Below are positions 31,400 to 41,032 of a DNA stretch of 64,000 nt, piece by piece. Positions within the stretch are counted from its first letter, which is position 1. The number at the start of each line of letters is the position of its first letter. Made by a program: the position numbers and the translations under genes. The notes below the pieces were generated by a model, which had not been told where the DNA came from, made no database searches, and saw nothing but the letters and a program-made list of their open reading frames with translations. Source of the DNA: an uncultured bacterium (lineage in GTDB: Bacteria; SAR324; NAC60-12); contig CAXGMD010000001.1 in assembly GCA_964010765.1 (NCBI GenBank), forward strand, positions 57,823-121,822, given 5' to 3'.

Positions 31400-32113
31400 T
31401 TATGGTTTTTGGTGTGATTTAAGAAAATTTTCAATCCAGAGAGATATGGGTCCCAATTCAGTATTTTTTGTGAGTGAATCTAAACCTGCTTGGCGCACTG
31501 TCTCGGGCATCTTCCCTTTGCGCATTTCCATGAGTGCATGCGAATATTCAGGTATAAACTCAGGATGACCCTGACACCCAATGATATGTTCACCAAGCTG
31601 AAACATCGCGTTGGGACAAAATTCGCTTTGGAGGATCCTTTGGGCTTGTGGAGGTAATTTGGTGACCTGATCCTGATGACTGACCAAGACCTTCACCTCC
31701 TCAACTTTCGGAATCATCCAATCTTTGTTTGAAACTACACGATGGTGTGCTATCCCAACACCCCAACCTTTTTGACTTTCCAGAGTTTCACCGCCCAGTG
31801 CTTGCGCTAGCAGCTGATGGCCAAAACAAATACCCACGGTTGGAATCTTTTGTTGATGCAAACTACGCACGAAGGATTCAAGATCCCTGATCCATTGCAG
31901 ATCCTCATAGACGCTTGATGCGCTTCCAGTCAATATATAGGCTTCGCAAAGATTAGTCTGATCAGGTAATTCAGCGTCGCATGCCGCAAAGTTCAGGAGT
32001 TCGTGCTGAGGATTTTGAGCATGAATCATGGTTGCAAACATTTCTGGATAATTACCGAACTTGGGCTGCAGTTCGGATTTTACGTGATCGCACTGAAGAA
32101 TTCCAATTCTCAT
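31400..32113 (-). CDS. Class I glutamine amidotransferase (GMP-synthase-like, stand-alone)
   Basis: TGS, GICFGHQ, SHQDQV, QGHPE. Confidence 0.9.
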   Translation of the reverse strand: MRIGILQCDHVKSELQPKFGNYPEMFATMIHAQNPQHELLNFAACDAELPDQTNLCEAYILTGSASSVYEDLQWIRDLESFVRSLHQQKIPTVGICFGHQLLAQALGGETLESQKGWGVGIAHHRVVSNKDWMIPKVEEVKVLVSHQDQVTKLPPQAQRILQSEFCPNAMFQLGEHIIGCQGHPEFIPEYSHALMEMRKGKMPETVRQAGLDSLTKNTELGPISLWIENFLKSHQKP

Positions 32114-32137
32114 AGATTGTTTACCAGTTCATTACAG

Positions 32138-32920
32138 ATGACAGATCAGCCACTTCGAAAGCTCGAGTTCCTACATGCCAATGGATTTCCAGCAAGTTCT
32201 TATCAGCAATTATTTAAAAATTTTGAGGATTTTGACGTCCATTTTGTTGAATCATTAGGGCAGCTTGATAAAGGTTTGCCCCAAGATTGGGAATCAATTG
32301 CGGACCAAGTCCTTTCGCAAATGAACTCTCATCAACCGAGCGTGGGTGTGGGACATTCATTGGGAGCCGTAGTTTTACTTTATGCTGCGGAACAAAGGCC
32401 GGAAGCTTTTACAAACATAATTTTACTGGATCCACCCCTCTTTTCATTTGGCAAGCGGGCATCTTTGTGGTTATTGAAAAAATTCGGAAAAATGGATCGG
32501 GTTACTCCAGCTCGTACAGCTCTTAGACGCCGCGAAGCCTTTTCTTCTCATCAAGAAGCTTTTGATCAATTGCGAAAACGCAGTTTTTTTCGCAAGTTTT
32601 CCGATCAGGTATTGACTGACTATGTTTCAAATGGCTTCATTGAGCAAGCAGACTGCGTAAAGCTGCATATTCCCAAAGAGTTGGAATATCATCTTTTCCA
32701 AACTATTCCATTGCACTTTTCTAAGTCCTGGAAAGGGCTAGAAGGCCATTTGGTATTCGCAAGTGATAAAGGAGTGCTTCAGCATTCCGACCGCAATGAA
32801 CTTCGTAAGACTCTACCGGGTTTTCAGCAAACGGCTTTCAATGGAGGACACATGTTTCCTCTGGAGCAGCCAGAAAAGACCGCTAAGATTATTAGAACTT
32901 TGATCAATTTAAGAGATTGA
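32138..32920 (+). CDS. Alpha/beta fold hydrolase
   Basis: HANGFP, GHSLG, LLDP, GGHMFPLE; ATG at 32138 avoids overlap with the divergent gene. Confidence 0.88.
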   Translation: MTDQPLRKLEFLHANGFPASSYQQLFKNFEDFDVHFVESLGQLDKGLPQDWESIADQVLSQMNSHQPSVGVGHSLGAVVLLYAAEQRPEAFTNIILLDPPLFSFGKRASLWLLKKFGKMDRVTPARTALRRREAFSSHQEAFDQLRKRSFFRKFSDQVLTDYVSNGFIEQADCVKLHIPKELEYHLFQTIPLHFSKSWKGLEGHLVFASDKGVLQHSDRNELRKTLPGFQQTAFNGGHMFPLEQPEKTAKIIRTLINLRD

Positions 32921-33046
32921 CGCTAGAAATCCTTATTCGAATTCTAATCACAATCAAAATAGAGGGGTGTTCGAAATTCCTATTCGAGGAGCTGAATTTC
33001 CAAATCAAACTTAGGCAAGTTCCAGTAATGCTGGATACGATCTAAA

Positions 33047-33397
33047 TTAATTAATCCAACGGAGAGCCAAGACACCTCCGAGAAAAACAATACCAATCAA
33101 AGGCTGTACGAAAAGAAGCATCATTCCCACCAGCAATAGGCAAAGCGTTGCAACATTGAGAGCAAGTGGATTTCGGTCGGGAAGAGGTGGTTGCTTTGAT
33201 GTTGATTTATTTTCTGCTTCAACCTCAGATTCAACTTCCTTTAGGATATCTGATAACTCTTGATCTGTCAGACCATATACTTCCTTAACAGCCTCTAATT
33301 CACTTTGAAATTCAACTGCCTGCTGTTGCTGTTCCCTGTAACTTTCAGCTTTTTTTTGAACCCTTCGTAATAGGTCTCGGTATTGTTCTTCCACCAT
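33047..33397 (-). CDS. Hypothetical protein, N-terminal coiled coil and C-terminal hydrophobic hairpin
   Basis: 116-aa ORF with AAGGA RBS, 4 nt after PilZ gene stop. Confidence 0.65.
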   Translation of the reverse strand: MVEEQYRDLLRRVQKKAESYREQQQQAVEFQSELEAVKEVYGLTDQELSDILKEVESEVEAENKSTSKQPPLPDRNPLALNVATLCLLLVGMMLLFVQPLIGIVFLGGVLALRWIN

Positions 33398-33401
33398 CCT
33401 T

Positions 33402-34607
33402 CTAGGCAGCCACCTGTTGTTTCTTGTAACGATGCAGAAATTGCAAAAGCTTGATCCGTGTCAGGGCGTTGCTGTCACGAAATTGCAGGTGAACATTTAA
33501 TTGTTTACCGCTTGGAATTGTGGCCAAAACAGTTGCTGCCATATTTTCCAGTAAGCTTGCGCCTGAGAGGTGGAACAGAAAAATTTCGCCATTTTTCAAT
33601 GGATCTTCAAGTTTCTGTGTAATCGCTAGTTTCATACCTCCTGCGCTCATGTCAATAATCTTGCCTTTGATCTTATAATCATCAGCAGATCCACGTACAG
33701 AGCGCATCTCTTGTTCGTATTCGCTTGCCTCCACTCTTCTGAAAAGAGCGTCTTGATTGAGTTCGAGTCGCTCAGATTCACGTATCGCCATTTTTCGAAT
33801 GTCGTTACTATGACCCAACCAGACAATTCCCGGAGTTTCTGTTTTTTGTTCTTCAACTCTCAATGCGAACTCATAATCAGCGTCCCCCTGGCGCCGGACA
33901 CGACATTTGATGACCTTAAACTGCAAAAGATTTGCGGGCCGCCGCTTGATCATGGGAGGGTCAATGCGCACACCTCGCTCACTAACTTCCTTGATTAAGG
34001 AAATGAAAGCTAATTGTCTACCCTTAGCTGTTACTGAGCACTCCACCCGCATGTTTGGGAGTAGCATCTTCGTATTGATGACTTCACAATCTTTGTTGGT
34101 GAGATTAAACTGCAGCTTAGTCCGCATAGCATGAATTGCAGCCATTAATTCTGCATCTAAGCTTCCCTCCTCGATCAGTTCATCCACAGCTTCCTCAAAA
34201 AGTTTGTTGCTGCGCATCATCGAGAGGATCTCCTCTGCCTCACGTTTATTCCCAAGCCGATGTACTAACTCTACTTCATCCTCTGACATCTTCAGACTTT
34301 CGTAAAGAGTATGCAGAGTCATGTCAGTCTGTTCTCGCTTGATCCGAATTTGTTCTAATTCCTCCATTTTGGCACGATAGAAGCGCAGACCAAAGAAGCC
34401 ACCAACTGCAGCAGAGATCGCAAAGCCAACTCCAACATAAAAGCTAGTGGGGATGACTGCAGGTGTGTCATAGTTTGCTTGCAAGTCTGTTAGTTGGAAA
34501 TTTCCGGATGCTGACTTTTGACCACACAGCCAGAACCATAACAATGGTGAAATCAGCAAGAGTATTCTTTTTCGGCTGAGGAACCAGATGTGGGAGATTT
34601 GTTTCAT
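33402..34607 (-). CDS. Membrane-anchored YcgR-like flagellar-brake protein with PilZ domain
   Basis: TM helix, YcgR-N-like beta region, RESER (RxxxR) and DMSAGG (DxSxxG) c-di-GMP motifs. Confidence 0.8.
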   Translation of the reverse strand: MKQISHIWFLSRKRILLLISPLLWFWLCGQKSASGNFQLTDLQANYDTPAVIPTSFYVGVGFAISAAVGGFFGLRFYRAKMEELEQIRIKREQTDMTLHTLYESLKMSEDEVELVHRLGNKREAEEILSMMRSNKLFEEAVDELIEEGSLDAELMAAIHAMRTKLQFNLTNKDCEVINTKMLLPNMRVECSVTAKGRQLAFISLIKEVSERGVRIDPPMIKRRPANLLQFKVIKCRVRRQGDADYEFALRVEEQKTETPGIVWLGHSNDIRKMAIRESERLELNQDALFRRVEASEYEQEMRSVRGSADDYKIKGKIIDMSAGGMKLAITQKLEDPLKNGEIFLFHLSGASLLENMAATVLATIPSGKQLNVHLQFRDSNALTRIKLLQFLHRYKKQQVAA

Positions 34608-34706
34608 GTTCTTATTCAGTAAAGTTTAGTAGATTCATTATGCAAATCAGTTAGAAACGGTTGGAATGAATGCACTTCGAGTGCAAATTTAAGCTCAACA
34701 GTCTTG

Positions 34707-35534
34707 TTACTCCATGTACCATTCTTCTTCCAGGGTATCCTTGTCAATGTTTGCCTTGCTGATAAGCTTGATGTCAGAGGAGTGGTGCATTACCAACACA
34801 TTTTGTTTGCCTTGCTTTTGGGCTAGGAACGGAAGCCTAAACTCATAAATTCCGTCTTTGTGACGTTCAATTTGGCAACTTATTTCAGCCACGTCCTTGA
34901 TCTCGACAGGCCGCTCTCCCACCTGAGGAGTTTTGATCAGTAGCTTGGATTCGCTTTGGGCAAGCACAATGGAGTCGAATTTGAGCTTCCGTTCACCGAG
35001 TTGAACCTGACATTGGAGAGCCTGACCGATCGGAAGCAATTTTGAACTTGTGAACGGGATGTTAGAGTTGTTCAGGCTCAGATTCAATAACTTCCGTGTT
35101 TGGGTAAGTGCTTTTTGGGCCTCAGCAGAGTTTTGCTCCAATTCAAGATACTCTTCAGAGCGCTTATCAAAGGCAGCTAAGGATCTACTAAAATTCATAA
35201 TTTCGATCGGATCTTTAGTTCCGAGCACAGCCTCTATAAGCTTACGAAGTTCAAAGGCATTAGGACCGGATCCTATCATCGAATTCAGCAGTCGCTCAGC
35301 ATGATCAAAGTTGTACTTTTGGCGCATTTTGACTTCGGATTTGCGCTTCAGCTGAATTTGAACGATCAGAATGATGATCAGTAGGACAGCTAATACTCCT
35401 GCACCAATAATCCACTCAAGTGGTACCTCAACCTGCTGCGTTTTTGGAGCAAGATCTGATACCTCAAAGTTTTGTTGACCAGAAAAAAAGAACCAAAGAC
35501 TGAACCAACTACCCAGTTTGAGTGCCTGCTTCAT
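34707..35534 (-). CDS. Paralogue of adjacent PilZ protein lacking the PilZ domain
   Basis: Colinear similarity (GQ..NF...DL, TM, R..L.+.L.N, SK/TK+L, YEF.L, H.+DI) but ends where RxxxR would begin. Confidence 0.65.
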   Translation of the reverse strand: MKQALKLGSWFSLWFFFSGQQNFEVSDLAPKTQQVEVPLEWIIGAGVLAVLLIIILIVQIQLKRKSEVKMRQKYNFDHAERLLNSMIGSGPNAFELRKLIEAVLGTKDPIEIMNFSRSLAAFDKRSEEYLELEQNSAEAQKALTQTRKLLNLSLNNSNIPFTSSKLLPIGQALQCQVQLGERKLKFDSIVLAQSESKLLIKTPQVGERPVEIKDVAEISCQIERHKDGIYEFRLPFLAQKQGKQNVLVMHHSSDIKLISKANIDKDTLEEEWYME

Positions 35535-36234
35535 GGGAATCTCCGACAATAATTCAGATTGTTACATAAAACTACCGCTACGAAGTATTCTCGTTTTTGG
35601 TGGGAGTTTCAATCCAGTACATCATGGACACATCGAGCTGATCAAAAATTTGCTAAAACTTGGGGGTGAACCAGAGATTTTAGTAATTCCTGCCGCTCAA
35701 TCTCCGTTCAAATCAAGAGAAGATCTGATTCCAGCAGAAACTAGATGGCAACTTTTGGAGATTGCCTTGCCAAAAAATCCCCGATTACACTTATTGAATA
35801 TTGAAGTTAATCGCTCAGGGTTAAGTTATTCATATGAAACTTGGCAGCAACTTTATGAGCAATACAGGTCAGAAAACTGGTTTTGGGTTATTGGCAGTGA
35901 TACTTTTGCTGAGTTTGACCGATGGTATCGAGTTGATGAATTTGTAAAAAAAATTCAGCTAATAATCGTCAAGCGTAAGGAGGAAAGGGTCCGAGATGTC
36001 TCGGCTTTTTGGAGCCCGCTGACTCGTTTATTTCCAGAAGGGCAAAATTCAATGGATGAAAAGGAGTTTCGGCACGATGGGCAACGAATCGCAACCAGTC
36101 TGGACTTCGATCTCCCCGCCGTAAGTTCCTCAGAGATTCGAAAAGGTAAATCTAAAACTCAATGGATTGTGCCCAGCACCAGACTCATTCTACAATCTGC
36201 TTTGGATGACTTGAGAGTTGATCGAGAAAGATGA
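35533..36234 (+). CDS. nadD: Nicotinate-nucleotide adenylyltransferase
   Basis: FGGSFNPVHHGH, SPFK, SYSYET, IGSD, WYR, VSSSEIR. Confidence 0.92.
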   Translation: MGISDNNSDCYIKLPLRSILVFGGSFNPVHHGHIELIKNLLKLGGEPEILVIPAAQSPFKSREDLIPAETRWQLLEIALPKNPRLHLLNIEVNRSGLSYSYETWQQLYEQYRSENWFWVIGSDTFAEFDRWYRVDEFVKKIQLIIVKRKEERVRDVSAFWSPLTRLFPEGQNSMDEKEFRHDGQRIATSLDFDLPAVSSSEIRKGKSKTQWIVPSTRLILQSALDDLRVDRER

Positions 36235-36790
36235 GCTAAGAAAACGGATGCGCCAACGCCGCAAAGCGATGGATCCAAACACCATTGATGCTGCATCAAA
36301 AGAAATTTTTAGGCATTTGCTTAATTCAAGGTTGTGGCAAGAAGCCAAAGTGATTCACACCTTTTTGCCTCAGAATACCGAACCAAATACTTTTTTCTTG
36401 GTTCAAGAAGCTCTGCGAACAAAACGGCGGGTGCAAGTGCCGAAAGTGGCTGGACCTTCCCATCTCACACATCATTGGTTGGAGGATATCAAATTACTGA
36501 AAAAGAGTTCTTGGGGTATTCCAGAGATTCAGGATAGTGCTGCCTCTGTAGCTGAGCTCTCCAAAATTGATCTAGTACTAGTGCCTGCATTAGCCTTAAG
36601 TCGAGAGGGGGCTAGGCTAGGCCAGGGTAGAGGATATTATGACCGCTTCCTGAATCAATTAAATGGGGCGAGAACTCTCGGAGTGGGATTCGATTGGCAA
36701 ATTTTGGAGCATATCCCTGAAGAATCGCACGACAGACGACTTAATGGAGTAATAACAGAAAGCCAACTATTTTGGCCTCTTGGTGAATAA
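36218..36790 (+). CDS. 5-formyltetrahydrofolate cyclo-ligase
   Basis: KDELRK, WGIPE, DLVLVP, RLGQGRGYYDRFL, HD. Confidence 0.92.
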   Translation: MIEKDELRKRMRQRRKAMDPNTIDAASKEIFRHLLNSRLWQEAKVIHTFLPQNTEPNTFFLVQEALRTKRRVQVPKVAGPSHLTHHWLEDIKLLKKSSWGIPEIQDSAASVAELSKIDLVLVPALALSREGARLGQGRGYYDRFLNQLNGARTLGVGFDWQILEHIPEESHDRRLNGVITESQLFWPLGE

Positions 36791-36805
36791 TTTTGTGATG
36801 TTTTC

Positions 36806-37882
36806 ATGGATAAAGAAAATTCCACGAAGGTGGAAAAGCCCAATCATTGCCCTAATTTTGGGCATCAGTTGGGGAATCGTGATTTGGTTACTGCAGACGA
36901 TCTAGATGAAGAAGATTTCGGAAACTCTCTGGAGAAGGAAGTTCCTGCAGAATTTCAAGGAACTCGACTAGATCGCTGGCTCGCAGAGTGGCCAGAACTT
37001 ACCTCAAGGGCTGAAGCTCAGAGGCTACTGACTCAAAATCGAGTTCATCTGGATAATCAGCCAATATCTTCAGGATCACGAAAACTACGTGAAGGCCAAA
37101 GAGTGCAAGTTTGGCTTCCCCTCCCTGTGGCATCCGAGCTTGAGCCAGAAAACGGTCCCTTGGAGATTCTCTTTGAAGATGAGCACCTGATCGTTTTAAA
37201 CAAACCGGCTGGCCTGGTTGTCCATCCAGCTCCTGGCAATTATATTGGTACGCTCGTTCAAAGGCTGTTACATCACTGTAAAGACCTATCCGGGATAGGG
37301 GGAGTCCAGCGGCCTGGAATTGTTCACAGGTTGGATAAGGATACCTCAGGTATTCTGGTAGTTGCCAAACATGATCAAGCCCACCAGAGGCTAGCTCGTC
37401 AATTCAGAAAACATTCAATCCACCGTCTTTACAGCGCACTGGTTTGGGGCAATCTTGTTACTCTTCAAGGGACAATTGAAGCCCCAATCGGGAGGCATCC
37501 CAGAGATCGAAAAATGATGGCGATCGTAGAAAATGGGCGTGCTGCTACAACTTATTGGACGCAGTTAGCTAGATGGGATGGCCTGACTCACATCTCTTGT
37601 GAATTGGAGACTGGTCGAACCCATCAAATACGGGTGCATCTCAGTTCGCAAGGACATCCTCTAGTTGGTGATCCAGTTTATGGGCAATTAGGAAAGACAA
37701 AGCATATGCCTGATGATGTTATTTTGGCCTTGCAGTCCTTTCCTCGGCAAGCCCTTCATGCTGCAGAGTTGGGATTTGAGCACCCAATCTCTCAAGAAAT
37801 AATGGAATTTTCAGTAGAAGAACCAAAAGATTTTCAAAATCTTTTGAGTTTGCTCCATGAAAAACTGGCACCCTTGACCTAA
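36806..37882 (+). CDS. rluD: 23S rRNA pseudouridine synthase RluD-type (S4 + catalytic)
   Basis: RLDRWL, NKPAGLVVHP, RPGIVHRLDKDTSG, LETGRTHQIRVH, RQALHA. Confidence 0.9.
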   Translation: MDKENSTKVEKPNHCPNFGHQLGNRDLVTADDLDEEDFGNSLEKEVPAEFQGTRLDRWLAEWPELTSRAEAQRLLTQNRVHLDNQPISSGSRKLREGQRVQVWLPLPVASELEPENGPLEILFEDEHLIVLNKPAGLVVHPAPGNYIGTLVQRLLHHCKDLSGIGGVQRPGIVHRLDKDTSGILVVAKHDQAHQRLARQFRKHSIHRLYSALVWGNLVTLQGTIEAPIGRHPRDRKMMAIVENGRAATTYWTQLARWDGLTHISCELETGRTHQIRVHLSSQGHPLVGDPVYGQLGKTKHMPDDVILALQSFPRQALHAAELGFEHPISQEIMEFSVEEPKDFQNLLSLLHEKLAPLT

Positions 37883-37900
37883 TACCTCCTCTCCAAAAAT

Positions 37901-39166
37901 ATGACGGAAGAAAATTACTACCAAGCGAGCGCTTGTTCTGAGATTTCAACCACTAAACTGGAAGGTGAACACAGGTATGATGTCTGTGTTGTCGGAGGAG
38001 GAGTGACTGGGCTTTCTTCCGCAATTCATCTTGCTGAGAGGGGCTTTCAAGTATGCGTTGTAGAAGCACAGAAGATTGGTCACGGAGCATCCGGTAGAAA
38101 TGGGGGTCAATTCATCTTTGGCTTCGGTGCAGAGATGCCCACAGTGCGGAAATTGGTTGGAGAGTCTGAAGCAAAAAAGCTCTGGGAATTGTCACTGGAA
38201 GCGATCCGGGTGACCCATCAAATGGTGGAAAAACACCAGATTGATTGCGATTGGCAATGGGGGCATGTTCACACGGCTGTCAAAACTAGGCAAATCCCTG
38301 AACTGAGCGAGTTTAAAGATGATTTGATGCGCCATTACGACTACGATTTGGAGTGGTTGGAAGGAAATTATTTGATGGAACAGGTTTCTTCAACAAGATA
38401 TCTTGCGGGTGTGAAAGACCAGCAAAGTGGCCATCTTCATCCACTGAAATACACTCTTGGTTTGGCGAAGGCTGCCCAGGAAATGGGAGTCGATCTTTTC
38501 GAGGAATCACCTGTTCAAAATTGGTCAGGAAAAGATGAAATTTTGCTGTCATTATCAAACGCTTCTCTAAAGGCCAATTACTTGGTTCTAGCTGGGAATG
38601 CTTACCTTGGATCCTTGGGTAAGAAACTAAGTCAGCGGTTGATGCCAGTTGGTACCTATATGATAGCCACTGAACCACTCGGCTCAACTAGAGCAGGGCA
38701 ACTGCTACCAGAGAATAGTGCGGTTGCTGATATTAATTTTGTTCTCGACTACTTCCGACTGTCTGCAGATCAGCGATTACTATTTGGTGGGGGGGTTAGC
38801 TATTCGACGATCCCTCCTGTGAACGTCAGAAGCTATCTTAGAAAGAGAATGTTGAAAGTCTTCCCTTCCTTGGTTGATGTTGAATTGGAATATGGTTGGG
38901 GGGGCCTGGTAGGAATCACGATGAATCGAATGCCAAATTTTGGTAGGTTGGCTCCAAATGTGTTTTTAGCCCATGGATTTTCGGGCCATGGAGTAGCACT
39001 GACAGGATTAGCTGGAAAATTGATGGCTGAAGTCATCAGCGGAACTGCTGAGAGATTTGATGTAATGTCACAAATACCGCATCTGCCATTTCCTGGTGGA
39101 CCTTTGTTTAGAATGCCTGCACTTCTTCTGGGAACAACTTGGTATCGACTACGGGATCTTCTCTGA
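37901..39166 (+). CDS. FAD-dependent oxidoreductase, gamma-glutamylputrescine oxidase (PuuB)-like
   Basis: GGGVTG, GASGRNGGQ, GHLHPLKY, LDYFRLSAD, GFSGHG, PFPGG. Confidence 0.85.
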   Translation: MTEENYYQASACSEISTTKLEGEHRYDVCVVGGGVTGLSSAIHLAERGFQVCVVEAQKIGHGASGRNGGQFIFGFGAEMPTVRKLVGESEAKKLWELSLEAIRVTHQMVEKHQIDCDWQWGHVHTAVKTRQIPELSEFKDDLMRHYDYDLEWLEGNYLMEQVSSTRYLAGVKDQQSGHLHPLKYTLGLAKAAQEMGVDLFEESPVQNWSGKDEILLSLSNASLKANYLVLAGNAYLGSLGKKLSQRLMPVGTYMIATEPLGSTRAGQLLPENSAVADINFVLDYFRLSADQRLLFGGGVSYSTIPPVNVRSYLRKRMLKVFPSLVDVELEYGWGGLVGITMNRMPNFGRLAPNVFLAHGFSGHGVALTGLAGKLMAEVISGTAERFDVMSQIPHLPFPGGPLFRMPALLLGTTWYRLRDLL

Positions 39167-39228
39167 TCGAAAGGTGTTTACCTTGCATCCTCAACAGCAA
39201 GATAAAACCCCATTCAATTCATTGATCT

Positions 39229-40227
39229 ATGAACAAACTAAGTTTAACCGAATATCGTTTTTCACTGCTGATTGGACTCCTGATTTTTCTTTTGAATAGT
39301 CCTCTAAAAGCCCAAGTAGGTGTGCCGGTGGCATCTATTCATGAGTTGGATGGTTTGGTCCAAATGACCCCCCAACAAACAGGCAGAAAGTTGGTTGCAC
39401 GATCCGGAAGTTTTTTAGGAGAAGAAGATATCCTAGAGACTGGCAAAAATGGGAGAGTCACGATTCTTTTTCGCAACGGGTCCAAAATTCGGCTTTTTGA
39501 AGACACCAAGCTCAGTATTCAAAAGGCGCTAGAAGCAAACATAGTAAATCGTGCTTTCGAGATAGAAATCCAGCTTCATATGGGTAGCCTTCGAGCGAAT
39601 TTCTTGCCAGGGCAACAGATCGCTTCAATCCAGACGCCCCAGGCAAAAATTAAGATTGACGGCACTGTATTCAGAATGGAAGAGAAGCCTGTTGCCGGAA
39701 CTACTATCTCAATGACAGAAGGAAAACTATTCGTAAACAATGGTGTTTCTTCTTTAGAACTGCTTCCCGGTCAAAGACTCAGTGAAGTAAAATATCTGGA
39801 CGAACTTTCGACGAAGCTTGAAAACATGAAAACTCAGATCTTCATGAACTTGACACCTGAAATCGTGGATTTAAGCGAATTCACTACTCAAAAGATGACG
39901 CTAACTCTACAACTGGCTGACCTGAAAAGTAGCAAAGTCGTCAGAGCCCCAGGGAAAGTCTACCTTGAAAGCGATTTCTATAATTTACGACTTCCCAGCA
40001 TGACCACCTTGGATAGTTCTGGTTTTGTAAGGGTACCGGCTCGAATTCGACCTCCTCGTGTTTCAGATAAGGCCTTTGATGGACAGATTGTTGTTCGAGC
40101 CTTTTTAGACAGTGCACGACATAACTTGCACGGCGAGGGTAGCTTGGTAGTAAACACCCAAGGCACCCAACCAAAAAGAAAGTTATTGATAGACGCCAGT
40201 CAAGGGACTGCCCACTCAATTGAGTGA
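39229..40227 (+). CDS. Exported FecR-domain protein
   Basis: Signal peptide; D.LETG.NG...I.F..GS.IRL...T, IQTP.A.I.I.GT.F FecR-type pattern. Confidence 0.7.
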   Translation: MNKLSLTEYRFSLLIGLLIFLLNSPLKAQVGVPVASIHELDGLVQMTPQQTGRKLVARSGSFLGEEDILETGKNGRVTILFRNGSKIRLFEDTKLSIQKALEANIVNRAFEIEIQLHMGSLRANFLPGQQIASIQTPQAKIKIDGTVFRMEEKPVAGTTISMTEGKLFVNNGVSSLELLPGQRLSEVKYLDELSTKLENMKTQIFMNLTPEIVDLSEFTTQKMTLTLQLADLKSSKVVRAPGKVYLESDFYNLRLPSMTTLDSSGFVRVPARIRPPRVSDKAFDGQIVVRAFLDSARHNLHGEGSLVVNTQGTQPKRKLLIDASQGTAHSIE

Positions 40228-40252
40228 ATGTGCCTTAGCTATCAAGATGAAC

Positions 40253-41023
40253 TCAGAGTTTTGCGTTCTTAAGGTCATCCAAAATCTTTCTCTGAATTTG
40301 AAAATGAGATTTCAAGCCCTCCTCTGCAAGCTTCAATAATTCATCAAGTTGTTCTCTTCGGAAACGCTTGTGCTCAGCAGTTCCCTGAACCTCAACTAGC
40401 TCACCCTCTGAAGTCTGAACTACATTCAAGTCAACATCAGCCTGACTATCTTCATCATATTTCAGATCAACTAGAGCAGTCCCTTCCTTCAAGCCAACAC
40501 TGACTGCAGCGAGTTGATGTTGAATCGGCCATGAGTCGATTCTTTTTTCGCTGATCATCCTGTCCAGGGCAATTGCTAAAGCCACGAACCCACCTGTAAT
40601 CGCCGCTGTTCGAGTGCCTCCATCGGCCTGAATCACATCACAATCAATCCAAAATGTATGGTTCCCAAGGGCTTTAAGGCCGACAACTGATCGTAAGGAT
40701 CGGCCTATTAGACGTTGAATTTCCTGAGTCCGCCCATCAATTTTTCCTCCAGAGTCTCTTTTTTTTCGTCGACCTGTGGAACCAGGCAGCATTCCATACT
40801 CTGCGGTTAACCAACCATGCTTTGGAGGTTGATCCTTCCGCTGGAGAAAAGGAGGAACCCCCTCTTCAACCGAGGCCGTGCAGATAACTCGAGTTTTGCC
40901 AGTTTCAACTAGAACGGAACCATCGGCATTTTCTATGAAACCAGGGTGGATACTGATTGGCCGTGGTTCCCAGGTTTGGCGGCCATCTGTTCTGATAAAA
41001 GTTTTCGGAGGAGAGTCTGTCAT
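40253..41023 (-). CDS. rph: Ribonuclease PH
   Basis: GWLTAEYGMLPGST, EIQRLIGRSLR, DCDVIQADGGTRTAAITG. Confidence 0.97.
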   Translation of the reverse strand: MTDSPPKTFIRTDGRQTWEPRPISIHPGFIENADGSVLVETGKTRVICTASVEEGVPPFLQRKDQPPKHGWLTAEYGMLPGSTGRRKKRDSGGKIDGRTQEIQRLIGRSLRSVVGLKALGNHTFWIDCDVIQADGGTRTAAITGGFVALAIALDRMISEKRIDSWPIQHQLAAVSVGLKEGTALVDLKYDEDSQADVDLNVVQTSEGELVEVQGTAEHKRFRREQLDELLKLAEEGLKSHFQIQRKILDDLKNAKL

Positions 41024-41032
41024 TTTTTGATC

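Noticed and set aside
32003..32137. N-terminal extension of the alpha/beta hydrolase
   Set aside because: Overlaps the divergent GATase gene; the family fold begins after ATG 32138.
34671..34685. TGCACTTCGAGTGCA as NtrC site
   Set aside because: Half-site spacing is 5 rather than 7; more likely a small RNA hairpin between the paralogues.
36180..36240. 6S RNA upstream of 5-formyl-THF cyclo-ligase
   Set aside because: nadD overlaps the gene start, leaving no room for ssrS.
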